A stretch of DNA of 64,000 nt from an uncultured Rikenellaceae bacterium (GTDB taxonomy: Bacteria > Bacteroidota > Bacteroidia > Bacteroidales > VadinHA17): assembly GCA_964419775.1 (NCBI GenBank), contig CAYQRF010000002.1, positions 7,837 through 71,836 of the forward strand, given 5' to 3'. Below the pieces are notes generated by a model, which had not been told where the DNA came from, did not search any database, and worked only from the letters and a program-made list of their open reading frames with translations. Position numbers and translations under genes: made by a program. Below are positions 8,584-19,742 of this stretch, in pieces. The stretch's first letter is position 1, and every line of letters begins with the position of its first letter.

Positions 8584-11406
8584 ATGAAGAAAGCAACATC
8601 AATAATACTGAAATCTCTTCTCGGACTGGTTCTTCTCATCCTGATACTCCTGTTCTCAGTTCCCCTTATTTTCAGGGATAAGATAAAGGAGAAGATTGTG
8701 AATGTGATCAACGAATCGGTTGAAGCCAGAGTAAGTTTTGGCGACTACAAGCTGGGATTCTTTAAAAACTTTCCCAACCTTACTTTTTCACTCGGAAACC
8801 TGTCGGTGGCAGGTGTGGGAAAGTTTGAAGGTGATACGCTTGCGGCTGCCAACTCGATTAATCTCGTGTTTAATCTGTCGAGTATTTTCGGAAAGGAAGG
8901 CTATGAAGTCAAATCGGTGATAATAGATGGCGCCGCCGTAAAGACTTTGGTCCTTGAAGATGGAAGCGCAAACTGGGATATAATGACCGACAGCGAGGAA
9001 GAAGAAGCGGAGGCGGAATCAGATTCCGGCGTGAAGATACTCCTGAAAGAGGTAAAAATGCTCACCAGCTCTGTTTCATATATTGACAGGGAATCGGATA
9101 TCTCAGCGTGGCTGGGTAATGTGAATGGTTCTCTGAGCGGCGATCTGGCCGGCAGCAAAAGCGACCTGGTCATAGCCCTTGAATCGGATGATTTTGATTT
9201 TGTAATGGAAGACATAAAGTATATCAGCAATGCAAAAGCAACTGCATTGGTGAATGTCCTGGCTGATATCGACAGTATGATATTCCGTCTGAAGGAAAAT
9301 TCAGTGACAATCAACGATCTGCTTCTTAATTTTGCCGGAACGGTAATCATGCCGGGTGATGATATAGAAACCGATCTGACATTCAGATCGGATAAGACCT
9401 CGTTCAAATCACTTATCTCCCTGATTCCTGCCTTGTATATGAAGGACTTTCAGGACCTGAAAGCCGAAGGCACATTTAATCTTTCAGGCCTGGCAAAAGG
9501 AATATACAGCAGCGCCGACAGCACCATGCCTGATATTTCCCTTGACCTGAATGTGAAAGATGGTCTTATCAGCTATCCTGCACTGCCTGAGCAGATAAAA
9601 AGAATAAACCTCGAATCTTCAATATTTGTTGATGGAAAGGATATGGACAAGACCAGGGTGGATGTTTCAGTCTTTCATTTTGAACTTGCAGGAAATCCAT
9701 TTGATATGAGGTTTTATCTCAGAACTCCGATGAGCGATCCCGATATCGATGGTTCAGCCAGGGGAAAAATTGATCTGACCGCACTCACAAAAGCAATCCC
9801 GATGGATAGTATAAAGTTGGAAGGGCTGATTGACATGTCGGTGGATCTGGCAGGAAGGATGTCGATGCTTGAACAATCACAATACGACAGGTTTAAGGCA
9901 TCGGGGAACATTAACCTGAAAGACATGCTGATTGCAATGACCGGATATCCCGAAGTGAACATCAGGGAAGCAGGAATGTCTATCACACCGGCATTTGCGG
10001 AACTTAAAAATGCAGAAATCAGCATCGGACAGGCCAGTGATTTCAACCTGGAAGGAAAACTGGAAAACTATATCCCATATGTACTTAAAGATGAGACCAT
10101 CAGGGGCAAGCTATCACTGCATTCCCGGCAGATCGATCTGACTGAAATTATGGCTGGCATGGCAACAGAGACAACTGATGAGGACACTGCATCGCTTGCA
10201 GTCATCAAAGTGCCGGGCAACATTGACTTCGATTTCAATGCTCAGGTTGACAGGTTCAAATACAATACTATTAATGCAAGCAATGTAACCGGTCACATTC
10301 TTGTAAAAGACGGGATTCTGACTTTGAAGGATACCGGTATGGACCTGCTTGGGGGCAAAGTGGCTTTCAATGCCGATTATGACACCCGCGACACACTCAA
10401 TCCGTTCGTAAAGGCTGACCTGAACGTTTTTGATCTTGGCATCAGGGATGCATTTGACGTTTTCAATACCATTAAGATGCTTGCTCCGACAGCAAAGGGT
10501 ATTGACGGCAAATTTGACTTTTCACTCAATTTCAGCAGTATGCTTCAGAATGATTTCATGCCCAGGATTTCAACAATAACCGGAGCCGGAAAAATGAAGT
10601 CAAGAGAAGTGACACTGGTCGAATCTGCAGTCTTTAACACCATGAAGGAGGTTCTCAGGATTGGCAAAGGCTATACCAATACGTTCAGGGATTTGAATAT
10701 AAGCTTCAAGGTCAGCGACGGACGCTTGTTCGTCAGTCCGTTCAATACCCGTGTCGGAAATATGAAAATGAACATCAGCGGTGACCAGGGTATGGACCAG
10801 ACGATTAACTATGCTATAAAGACAGAAATACCCAGGTCGGAACTGGGAAATGCGGCCAATTCACTTATTGAAAGCCTGTCGGCTCAGGCTTCTGCATTTG
10901 GCGTAGCGATTAAACCGTCTGAAATACTGAAAATCAATGTAAATGTATCCGGTACTTTCCTTAAACCGGTTGTAAAACCATTTTTTGGTGATAACCCGTC
11001 TGACAGCACCTCGGCTATGGACATCAGGGAAACAGCCAGGGAGGCAGTAAAGGAAGTTGCAAGGGAGAAGGTTGAAGAGGTCAGGGAGAATGTGAAGAGC
11101 GAAGCTGAAATTCAGGGCGACAAACTGGTTCAGGAGGCAGAAGGCCAGGCACAGCAGTTAAGGGATGAGGCTTCAAAGGCTGCGGAAAAGATCCGTCTTG
11201 AAGCCCGGGCCCAGGCCGACAAGCTGGTTAAAGAAGCAGAATCCAAAGGCCCTCTTGCCAGGCTGGGAGCCCAAAAGGCAGCCGACGGCCTGATAAAGGA
11301 AGCAGACCGGAAGGCCGATCAACTGGTAAAAGAGTCGGACGAAAAAGCTTTGAAACTTGTTGATGAGGCTAAGGCAAAGCGGGAAGTATTGCTTCAGAAG
11401 ATATAA
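8584..11406 (+). CDS. AsmA-family outer-membrane biogenesis protein with a C-terminal Lys/Glu/Ala-rich repeat tail
   Basis: 940-aa ORF with an N-terminal TM anchor and a long beta-rich body typical of AsmA-like proteins. The C-terminal roughly 130 aa hold repeated ADKLVKEAE-like motifs. Confidence 0.75.
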   Translation: MKKATSIILKSLLGLVLLILILLFSVPLIFRDKIKEKIVNVINESVEARVSFGDYKLGFFKNFPNLTFSLGNLSVAGVGKFEGDTLAAANSINLVFNLSSIFGKEGYEVKSVIIDGAAVKTLVLEDGSANWDIMTDSEEEEAEAESDSGVKILLKEVKMLTSSVSYIDRESDISAWLGNVNGSLSGDLAGSKSDLVIALESDDFDFVMEDIKYISNAKATALVNVLADIDSMIFRLKENSVTINDLLLNFAGTVIMPGDDIETDLTFRSDKTSFKSLISLIPALYMKDFQDLKAEGTFNLSGLAKGIYSSADSTMPDISLDLNVKDGLISYPALPEQIKRINLESSIFVDGKDMDKTRVDVSVFHFELAGNPFDMRFYLRTPMSDPDIDGSARGKIDLTALTKAIPMDSIKLEGLIDMSVDLAGRMSMLEQSQYDRFKASGNINLKDMLIAMTGYPEVNIREAGMSITPAFAELKNAEISIGQASDFNLEGKLENYIPYVLKDETIRGKLSLHSRQIDLTEIMAGMATETTDEDTASLAVIKVPGNIDFDFNAQVDRFKYNTINASNVTGHILVKDGILTLKDTGMDLLGGKVAFNADYDTRDTLNPFVKADLNVFDLGIRDAFDVFNTIKMLAPTAKGIDGKFDFSLNFSSMLQNDFMPRISTITGAGKMKSREVTLVESAVFNTMKEVLRIGKGYTNTFRDLNISFKVSDGRLFVSPFNTRVGNMKMNISGDQGMDQTINYAIKTEIPRSELGNAANSLIESLSAQASAFGVAIKPSEILKINVNVSGTFLKPVVKPFFGDNPSDSTSAMDIRETAREAVKEVAREKVEEVRENVKSEAEIQGDKLVQEAEGQAQQLRDEASKAAEKIRLEARAQADKLVKEAESKGPLARLGAQKAADGLIKEADRKADQLVKESDEKALKLVDEAKAKREVLLQKI

Positions 11407-11411
11407 AACAA

Positions 11412-11441
11412 AAAAGGCTGTTCCTTGCGGACAGCCTTTTT
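11412..11441. terminator. bidirectional intrinsic terminator between asmA and rplS
   Basis: Hairpin GGCTGT(T)CC-TTGC-GG-ACAGCC, flanked by an A-run upstream and a T-run downstream. Confidence 0.6.
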
Positions 11442-11456
11442 TGATATTAATATATT

Positions 11457-11804
11457 CTAGAATTTCTTCTCCTTGATTCGTGCTTTCTTTCCGGTAAGGT
11501 CGCGGAGGTAGAAAATCCTGGCCCTGCGCACTTTTCCATGCTTGTTTACTTCGATCTTGTCAATGAAAGGCGAGACCAGCGGGAATATTCTTTCAACACC
11601 GATATTACCCGACATTTTTCTGACAGTAAAGGTCTCAGTGTGGCCGCTACCACTCCGCTGGATCACTACGCCGCGGAATTGCTGAATTCTCTCCTTGTTC
11701 CCTTCCTTTATCTTATAGTGAACAGTAATAGTATCTCCGGCAATAAACCTCGGATATTCATTTTTTACTGCAAATTCCTTTTCAACAACGTCCATTAAAT
11801 TCAT
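11457..11804 (-). CDS. rplS: 50S ribosomal protein L19
   Basis: [11 protein letters not shown]...[28 protein letters not shown]...[55 protein letters not shown]. The track start at 11852 lies inside the promoter, so the ATG at 11804 (or 11795) is used. Confidence 0.95.
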   Translation of the reverse strand: MNLMDVVEKEFAVKNEYPRFIAGDTITVHYKIKEGNKERIQQFRGVVIQRSGSGHTETFTVRKMSGNIGVERIFPLVSPFIDKIEVNKHGKVRRARIFYLRDLTGKKARIKEKKF

Positions 11805-11849
11805 TTCACAACAATTTTGTTTCAAACAACATGATCTAAAATCAGGGTG

Positions 11850-11880
11850 CAAAAATACAAATTTTCTTAATATTCACAAA
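11850..11880 (-). promoter_or_regulatory. Bacteroidota promoter TTTG N19 TATTTTTG for rplS
   Basis: The plus strand reads CAAAAATA at 11850-11857 and CAAA at 11877-11880, with a 19-nt spacer. Confidence 0.6.
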
Positions 11881-11921
11881 CACCGGAATTTAAATTTTGT
11901 CATTAATGGTCAAACAAACCA

Positions 11922-13655
11922 CTAATGTCCGCCTCCTGCCGGAACCAGCAGCTTGTTGCCCGTATCCTGGATGACCGATTTTTTCCACTTGTCGTCATAT
12001 CCCGGCTGCATAGGAAAATCAGGATATCCGTCCTCAGTAGTGGAGAACTTGCCGTCTTTTTCCTTTTTTATGTTGCCATCGATGTATTTGACGAGCAGGT
12101 ATTCACTGAGTTTTTTCCATTCTTTAAAGGTATTACCGGCTGTTTCAACTGAATACCTGGTAAGGTAATCACGCGCTTTCCATACATCGTTTTCATAAAG
12201 TTTCTTAGCTTCCTCATCGATTTTGGAAACAGTCTCCTTAATATATCTGGTTTCCAGTTCCCGCTGAACATCAAGAGCATCTTCGCTCATCATGTCGTAG
12301 CGAAGGTAGCACATGTTTGCCACCTGGTTAAACAGCCAGAAGGCGGAAGTGGGAGAGTAGGTGACCATGCTTCCGTTCCCTGTCTTGAAACATTCGGGTA
12401 TCTCGGTGATACCGCAGTACATCGGATTGAAAACAGTCGTTCCTGCATCGTCAACGCCGAACCAGAAGATACCGCCGATTGGATCAGGCAGCCAGTTGCG
12501 TGATTCTGCCACAAAGACAAAACCTGTCTGCTGTGTGCCTGTAGCTCTCTCGTTGCAGTAAGTGGGTGCGTTGGGGTCGTCTGATACTTTCCAGGAAAGT
12601 GGTCTCCATCGGTATGGCGAGCCGAAGGGGCCTGCGCCTATGTCTTTTCGCATGTCAAATTCGGTGCCTTCGAGATGATCGCGCATGAAATTCATGAGAT
12701 CGTAATTGGAGACTTTCCGGTTTGGTTTAATCCAGAGAGGCATTCTTTTACTGAGGTCATGTCCGGAAGCATATCCTTTAAATTGCTCCATTTCGTTGCT
12801 GACAGCCCTGAAAAATGCCCATACCCTCATTTCGCAGTATCTTGCACCGTCGAAGGTGATAGGATTATAGGTATCGGAGAAGCTGAATTCCTGGTCGGTT
12901 CCCTTGTAGAGCCCTTTTGTTCTTGCGAATTCAATTACATCCTGGGCATAAACGCATTCAACAACCGGATCAAATATCCTGCGGATATCCTTTGATGTGA
13001 TTGCATTGCTTGTCTTTTTGCCTGTGGCAAGCGGAAAAGTCTGAATCCTTGCCTGGTTGGCATGAGCGCTGACATATCCGTCGGGAATCAGGCGTGCTAC
13101 CCATACAGCTCCCTTGTTGCCCTGTCCTTTGCCAATTATTTCAAATATCCATGCCTCATTGGGATCGGCAATGGAAAATGACTCACCGGAACTTGCATAG
13201 CCGTATTCCGCAACGAGTTCTGAAATAACCTTGATGGCTTCCCTTGCATTTTTTGCCCTCTGAAGAGTGATGTAAATCAGGCTGCCGTAATCAACGATTC
13301 CATCAGGATCAACAAGACCGTCAACTCCGCCATAGGTGGTCTCACCTATCGACAGCTGGTGTTCATTCATATTCCCCACAACAGAGTAAGTATGTCTTGC
13401 CTGCTTGATTTTTCCAAGGAATTTTCCGGTATCCCATTCGTAAACATCCAGCCAGGCACCTTCAGGATAATCTCTTGAAGGCCAGTGGTAAAGCTCTCCA
13501 TAAAGAACGTGGGAGTCAGCTGAATATGTAATCATTACCGATCCGTTGGCAGATGCTCCTCTTGTTACGATAAAGTTAGTGCATGCGGCCGATTCAGGAG
13601 CCTGGATCATCCAGGCAAAAAATATCGCCGTTATTGTTGCAAATAGCTTCTTCAT
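11922..13655 (-). CDS. secreted dipeptidase, peptidase family C69
   Basis: 577-aa ORF with a signal peptide followed by ACTNFIVTRGASANGS. This is the N-terminal nucleophile Cys context of C69 / Ntn-hydrolase dipeptidases. Confidence 0.85.
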   Translation of the reverse strand: MKKLFATITAIFFAWMIQAPESAACTNFIVTRGASANGSVMITYSADSHVLYGELYHWPSRDYPEGAWLDVYEWDTGKFLGKIKQARHTYSVVGNMNEHQLSIGETTYGGVDGLVDPDGIVDYGSLIYITLQRAKNAREAIKVISELVAEYGYASSGESFSIADPNEAWIFEIIGKGQGNKGAVWVARLIPDGYVSAHANQARIQTFPLATGKKTSNAITSKDIRRIFDPVVECVYAQDVIEFARTKGLYKGTDQEFSFSDTYNPITFDGARYCEMRVWAFFRAVSNEMEQFKGYASGHDLSKRMPLWIKPNRKVSNYDLMNFMRDHLEGTEFDMRKDIGAGPFGSPYRWRPLSWKVSDDPNAPTYCNERATGTQQTGFVFVAESRNWLPDPIGGIFWFGVDDAGTTVFNPMYCGITEIPECFKTGNGSMVTYSPTSAFWLFNQVANMCYLRYDMMSEDALDVQRELETRYIKETVSKIDEEAKKLYENDVWKARDYLTRYSVETAGNTFKEWKKLSEYLLVKYIDGNIKKEKDGKFSTTEDGYPDFPMQPGYDDKWKKSVIQDTGNKLLVPAGGGH

Positions 13656-13740
13656 AAATGATTTATTTGTTTTACAATTATTTCGATTGATGATTTCAAG
13701 AAATGCAAAGGTAACAAGCCGGACAAAATTTCAAAGTGAT

Positions 13741-14493
13741 TCAGATCATTTTGACTGATTCAATGATTTTTTTTATCCTTTCGGGATCGGCGACTTTTCT
13801 TGTAAACTCGGGTAATCCGGTTTGACCTCCCAAAGAAATGCCATGACGGCGGAAGATCATTTCGCTATCAATTTCCATCCTTCCCGTCAGATGCAATTCA
13901 GTTGCCTTTGTAGCTGTAATTATCTGGGCTGCATTTGTCTCATCAATTCCTCCTCCCGGCATTACGATTAACCTGTCACCTGCCTGTATTATGAGCTGCC
14001 GGATCAGCTCGATCCCGTCACGGGCCTTGTTCCGCAATCCGGATGTCAGAAGCCGCGAAGCACCTGTGGCGATTACGTCTTCCAGTCCGCTGACCGGATC
14101 CCTGCAAAGATCGAATGCCCTGTGGAAAGTGGCACACATAGGGTAAGCAAATTCAATGAGCCTGCCTGTGCGTTCAACATCAATATTGCCACCTGGCAGC
14201 AGGATACCGGTTACAATCCCGTCAATACCGTTTTCAGCGCAGAGCTCGATATCCCTTCTCATTATGTCGTATTCGAGGTCGGAATACAGGAAGTCGCCAC
14301 CCCTTGGCCTGATCAGCACGTGAAGCCTGATGTCGAGGTTGCTTCTGGCTGAAATAATGGTTCCGTATCCGGGCGTGGTTCCTCCTTCGGACAGATTATC
14401 GCACAATTCGATCCTGTCTGCCCCAACCGATTGTGCATCGATTGCTGAAGCAACACTGTCGGTACAAATCTCAAGCTTGAACTTCATCTGCAA
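13741..14493 (-). CDS. cutC: copper homeostasis protein CutC family
   Basis: KLEICTDSVASAIDAQSVGADRIELCDNLSEGGTTPGYG, with length and TIM-barrel pattern typical of CutC. Confidence 0.85.
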   Translation of the reverse strand: MQMKFKLEICTDSVASAIDAQSVGADRIELCDNLSEGGTTPGYGTIISARSNLDIRLHVLIRPRGGDFLYSDLEYDIMRRDIELCAENGIDGIVTGILLPGGNIDVERTGRLIEFAYPMCATFHRAFDLCRDPVSGLEDVIATGASRLLTSGLRNKARDGIELIRQLIIQAGDRLIVMPGGGIDETNAAQIITATKATELHLTGRMEIDSEMIFRRHGISLGGQTGLPEFTRKVADPERIKKIIESVKMI

Positions 14494-14559
14494 AAAATAA
14501 TGCTGATAATAAAAGTAAGAATATTTTTGTATAATTGTGAATCATAAAAACATATTAGT

Positions 14560-15462
14560 ATGAAACCGACACTTTTAGTTCTTGCAGCCGGAATGGGCTC
14601 ACGTTACGGAGGTAACAAACAGCTTGATGAAGTTGGCCCCTCTGGTGAGACAATTATCGATTATTCAATATACGACGCCATACGTGCGGGTTTTGGCAGG
14701 ATTGTCTTCGTCATCCGAAGGGATATAGAGGAACAGGTAAAGGAAAGGTTCGTTGAAAAGCTTCGTGGAAAGATTGAGGTGGATTATGTATTTCAGGAAA
14801 TCACCAATCTTCCCGAAGGAGTGAAAGTTGCGCCTGACAGGGCCAAGCCGTGGGGAACCAGCCATGCCATCCTTGTGACCAAAGACAAGATCAGGGAACC
14901 GTTTGGCGTAATTAACGCTGACGACTATTATGGTGTCGATTCATTCAAAATACTAAGGGATTTCCTTGTTGACGACAAGGATCCAAACAATTTCTGCATT
15001 GTCGGATATAAGCTGGGTAACACGCTCTCTGAACACGGCCACGTTAACCGGGGCGTCTGCAAAGTTGATGAAAAAGGCTTTCTCAGTCATATTGTCGAGA
15101 CGCGTCAGATTGAAAAGACGAGGGATGGAGCCCTGGCTCCTGGATCGGACGGAAAACCGATTGTGTTCACAGGAAATGAAATTGTTTCAATGAATCTGTG
15201 GGGATTCAAGCCATCGTGCTTTGATTTTCTGGGTGAGGAATTCCGCAGTTTTATCAACAATTACGGAATGGACCTGAAATCGGAGCTTGATATTCCGACA
15301 TCTGTTGACAGGTATGTGAAAAGCGGTGAAATAACCATTCAGATACTTATGAGCAACGAACGGTGGTTTGGCGTTACCTACAGGGAAGACAAACCCTTTG
15401 TTGTGGAAAGTATCAAGAAGATGATCAGGAAGGGGATCTATCCGGCAAGGATCTACTCATAG
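14560..15462 (+). CDS. sugar-phosphate nucleotidyltransferase family protein
   Basis: N-terminal LVLAAGMGSRYGGNKQL nucleotide-binding signature in a 300-aa ORF. A TATTTTTG -7-like motif sits at 14522-14529. Confidence 0.7.
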   Translation: MKPTLLVLAAGMGSRYGGNKQLDEVGPSGETIIDYSIYDAIRAGFGRIVFVIRRDIEEQVKERFVEKLRGKIEVDYVFQEITNLPEGVKVAPDRAKPWGTSHAILVTKDKIREPFGVINADDYYGVDSFKILRDFLVDDKDPNNFCIVGYKLGNTLSEHGHVNRGVCKVDEKGFLSHIVETRQIEKTRDGALAPGSDGKPIVFTGNEIVSMNLWGFKPSCFDFLGEEFRSFINNYGMDLKSELDIPTSVDRYVKSGEITIQILMSNERWFGVTYREDKPFVVESIKKMIRKGIYPARIYS

Positions 15463-15463
15463 G

Positions 15464-17194
15464 TCACCATACAAATTCACAATCCCAGGTGCTCTGATTA
15501 TTGCAGTTATCCGTCACTCTGACTGAAAGCCTGTGCTTTGTGCCTTTCTGAATCCTGTCGGAATCAAAGGTGTGAATCAAGACATCATTCTTCTGATCAT
15601 ATTCGAACAATGCCCATTTGCCGTCAATAAGCGGTTCGTATGATTTTATGCCGGCAAGGTCATCGCTGATCTTTATTCGCATGCCGGATTTGCCCGTAAG
15701 GTTTGCACCGGCAGAAAAACCGTTCGGAGTGATCCGTGGGGGAACTGTATCAATGCCTATAAAGAATGTCCCGAATGTCCTTGGATTGGCAGTGACAAAA
15801 CCATTATCCCACGAACTGCTGACCGGAGTCTTCCTTCCGATGTTGTCAAGCTGCAGAATAAGCAGTTTGGATTCTTTTCCCGCGGGTACTCTAACAGGCC
15901 TGAGTGAAAGGCTGTATGGTTTGTGAAGGGGAGTGTAGATATTATGGATGTCAAATACCTCGGAGTACATTTCAGGCAGCCCCGGCTTTCTTCCGAATTC
16001 AAACCACAGTGTGTCATAAAGGGTGCCGGTGGAAAAACTGACAGCCACATCCTTTGTGACGAACCTGTTGTTCCTGTTGAAGGGCATCATTATCCCGCGA
16101 TCGGTTTTTACCTGATTCGCTGAATTCTCCTGATTTGGGGAGCCGGCGACAGACGTGACATTAAACGTCAGAACCGATTTGTTTCCATGTATGTCCGACA
16201 CTGTGATCTCGATGGTGTGTCTGGCATTGTCAGAAAAGGTTATTATTCCCCTGTCCGTCAGATTTCTGTAAACACTTAGCCTGTCGTTTGGCAGCCTGTA
16301 TGCCCTTTGAATATAGATGTTTTCCTTCTTGTAGGTTTCGTAATCGATATGGCTGTTGACATACCTGGTTTCGTTGAATGAAAATTCATCCATAACATAG
16401 TTGAAGACCTGTCTGTTGTCAACTTTCAGCTGGATGGAATGAACCGAGAACCTGCTCCCTGAATTGTTAATGAGGTCGTACGACTTGAATCCGAATCCTG
16501 CAGGTCCGCTTATTGTAATCTCGTTATTTGAGGATAATCCGAATTTCCCGTTTCCGCCGGAAACATTCAGATTAAGCATTTTATTTCTGTTGTTGATAAA
16601 TGTCTTTTCTGAAAGCGGAAAAATGACCAGTTTTTCGATTACCGGTCTGATGTTGTCATCAATGCCGAATTCGAAAAGGAGGGGATTGACTGGTATTTCC
16701 CCTTCGGTTTTTCTTATTTCATAATGAAGATGTGGCCCCGATGAGCTTCCTGAGTTTCCTGAGTATGCAATGATGTCGCCCTGTTCGAAGCGGAATCTTT
16801 CCCTGGGCGGCCACAGTGTCACCATGAAGCTTTTTTCCTCATACTGTCTGGATACTACATACTCTTCTATTTCAGGGGTAAACCTGTCAAGATGGCCGTA
16901 TACAGTTGAGTATCCGTTCGGATGGCGTACGTAAATGGCTTTCCCGAATCCTCCGGGTGAGACGCTTATCCGGTAAACATAACCCCGTGCCGCTGCAACA
17001 ATCTCTTTGCCAATCACTCCCTGAGTCCTGATATCGAGTCCTGAATGAAAATGATCTGTTCTGATTTCGCCGAAATTTGAAGAAAGTGACAAGGGGATTT
17101 TAACAGGCGAAATAAACACTGAACGATCGCCCGGTTCTTCGGGCATGGGCCCCGCAAGCATCAGTTTAAGCAGGATTGTCAGGAGTACTGTCAT
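15464..17194 (-). CDS. M23 family metallopeptidase (LytM/peptidoglycan endopeptidase type) with a large C-terminal extension
   Basis: HFHSGLDIRTQ and SSGPHLHYEIR zinc-ligand motifs in a 576-aa ORF. Confidence 0.85.
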   Translation of the reverse strand: MTVLLTILLKLMLAGPMPEEPGDRSVFISPVKIPLSLSSNFGEIRTDHFHSGLDIRTQGVIGKEIVAAARGYVYRISVSPGGFGKAIYVRHPNGYSTVYGHLDRFTPEIEEYVVSRQYEEKSFMVTLWPPRERFRFEQGDIIAYSGNSGSSSGPHLHYEIRKTEGEIPVNPLLFEFGIDDNIRPVIEKLVIFPLSEKTFINNRNKMLNLNVSGGNGKFGLSSNNEITISGPAGFGFKSYDLINNSGSRFSVHSIQLKVDNRQVFNYVMDEFSFNETRYVNSHIDYETYKKENIYIQRAYRLPNDRLSVYRNLTDRGIITFSDNARHTIEITVSDIHGNKSVLTFNVTSVAGSPNQENSANQVKTDRGIMMPFNRNNRFVTKDVAVSFSTGTLYDTLWFEFGRKPGLPEMYSEVFDIHNIYTPLHKPYSLSLRPVRVPAGKESKLLILQLDNIGRKTPVSSSWDNGFVTANPRTFGTFFIGIDTVPPRITPNGFSAGANLTGKSGMRIKISDDLAGIKSYEPLIDGKWALFEYDQKNDVLIHTFDSDRIQKGTKHRLSVRVTDNCNNQSTWDCEFVW

Positions 17195-17272
17195 GTCGGT
17201 AAAATGGTCTTTTTAGCTTCTTGTGCAAAACTAGGCTTATGAGTTGTTCTTCCAAACTATTTATGTTAAATT

Positions 17273-17303
17273 TTTGAAAATAATATTATCTGTGCTACCT
17301 TTG
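17273..17303 (+). promoter_or_regulatory. Bacteroidota promoter TTTG N19 TACCTTTG for the coiled-coil/zapA/rny unit
   Basis: TTTG at 17273-17276, a 19-nt spacer, then TACCTTTG at 17296-17303, 17 nt before the ATG at 17320. Confidence 0.6.
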
Positions 17304-17319
17304 CATTAAAGATGTTAAT

Positions 17320-17613
17320 ATGTCGGTTCAGGGTCTTGAGGAGCTTAATTTACTGAACAAAAAGCTCGAAGAGTTGTTTGAAAGGTATAAGGATCTCAAA
17401 ACAAAAATCAGGGATCTTAAGAACGAAAATGATGTATTGAAACGTTATATTGAAGAACGTGACAATAAAATAACAGAACTGGAAAGCAAATACGAAAGGA
17501 TCAAGATATCAGGAGCACTAACGGGTAACGGAGGAGGAGCCGATGAGGCAAGGGGAAGGATCAATGAGCTGGTGCGGGAAATAGACAGATGTGTTGCTCT
17601 TTTGAACAGATAA
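17320..17613 (+). CDS. small coiled-coil protein, possible ZapB-like cell-division protein
   Basis: 97-aa ORF with heptad-rich sequence (LEELNLLNKKLEELFERYKDLKTKIRDLKNENDVLKRYIEE), located immediately upstream of zapA. Confidence 0.6.
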   Translation: MSVQGLEELNLLNKKLEELFERYKDLKTKIRDLKNENDVLKRYIEERDNKITELESKYERIKISGALTGNGGGADEARGRINELVREIDRCVALLNR

Positions 17614-17622
17614 GATATAGCA

Positions 17623-17916
17623 ATGGATGATAAGCTTTCGATCAGGGTCAATGTAGCTGACAGATATTATCCATTGAAGGTGGAAAGGGATAACGAGGAA
17701 AGGATCAGAAAAGCTGCCAGGATGATCAACGAGAAAGTGCTGCAATACAAGCAGCGCTATTCTGACAAGGATGTACAGGATTTTCTGGCGATGGCTTCTC
17801 TGCAGTATGTGATCAAGCTGAATGAGGATGAAGAGAAGCTGGTCACAGATGAAATTCCGGAAGCCCTGAGGGAGCTGGTGAGGAAAATTGATGATGTTCT
17901 TGGAGAAAAAGAGTAA
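17623..17916 (+). CDS. zapA: cell division protein ZapA
   Basis: LSIRVNVADRYYPLKVERDNEERIRKAARMINEKVLQYKQRY in a 97-aa ORF, with the conserved zapA-rny neighbourhood. Confidence 0.85.
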   Translation: MDDKLSIRVNVADRYYPLKVERDNEERIRKAARMINEKVLQYKQRYSDKDVQDFLAMASLQYVIKLNEDEEKLVTDEIPEALRELVRKIDDVLGEKE

Positions 17917-17974
17917 CAGCGTTCTTTCAAATAGCAAAACTTATTGCCCGCATTGTTTCTTCATTCGTTTTTGA

Positions 17975-18150
17975 AACTCAACACTTAAAACTTTGGAGTC
18001 ATCCTTAGTGTAGTAAGGACAGGCCTCGTCCCGGTTCGCCGGGAAACCCTCCTTCGGGAGAGTCAGTGGAAGTTCAAGCTGTATTAGAGGCTCCAGCCAT
18101 GTAGATATGGGGTTTTATAAAAGTTGAAGAGACTTTGCGGGTTTTTTTAT
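17975..18150 (+). ncRNA. candidate structured RNA (rny 5' leader or small RNA, with a 6S-like position after zapA); identity not established
   Basis: The 257-nt non-coding gap holds three consecutive hairpins: TCCTTA-GTGTAG-TAAGGA at 18002-18019, TCCCGG-TTCG-CCGGGA at 18029-18044, and CTCC-TTCG-GGAG at 18049-18060. Possible enclosing pairings are GGAGTC (17995-18000) with GGCTCC (18089-18094), and AAAAC with GTTTT. The region ends in a T-run at 18141-18148. Confidence 0.35.
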
Positions 18151-18173
18151 ATATATAATTTAACACTTTGCAT

Positions 18174-19709
<1,536 letters not shown>

Positions 19710-19742
19710 ACACAGAGGACAAATTACTTTTTCCAGGGGATA

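Noticed and set aside
11805-11852. An N-terminal extension of rplS in the ORF track ([16 protein letters not shown]).
   Set aside because: The extension overlaps the consensus promoter at 11850-11880 and is absent from L19 proteins.
13706-13735. A possible promoter for the C69 dipeptidase (TACCTTTG -7 motif on the minus strand).
   Set aside because: The -7 motif is exact, but the nearest TTTG gives an 18-nt spacer, outside the 19-21 consensus. It is left unannotated.
18137-18149. The T-run GCGGGTTTTTTTA might be an intrinsic terminator before rny.
   Set aside because: No GC-rich hairpin immediately precedes it, and no promoter consensus follows before the rny ATG. Read-through into rny is more likely.
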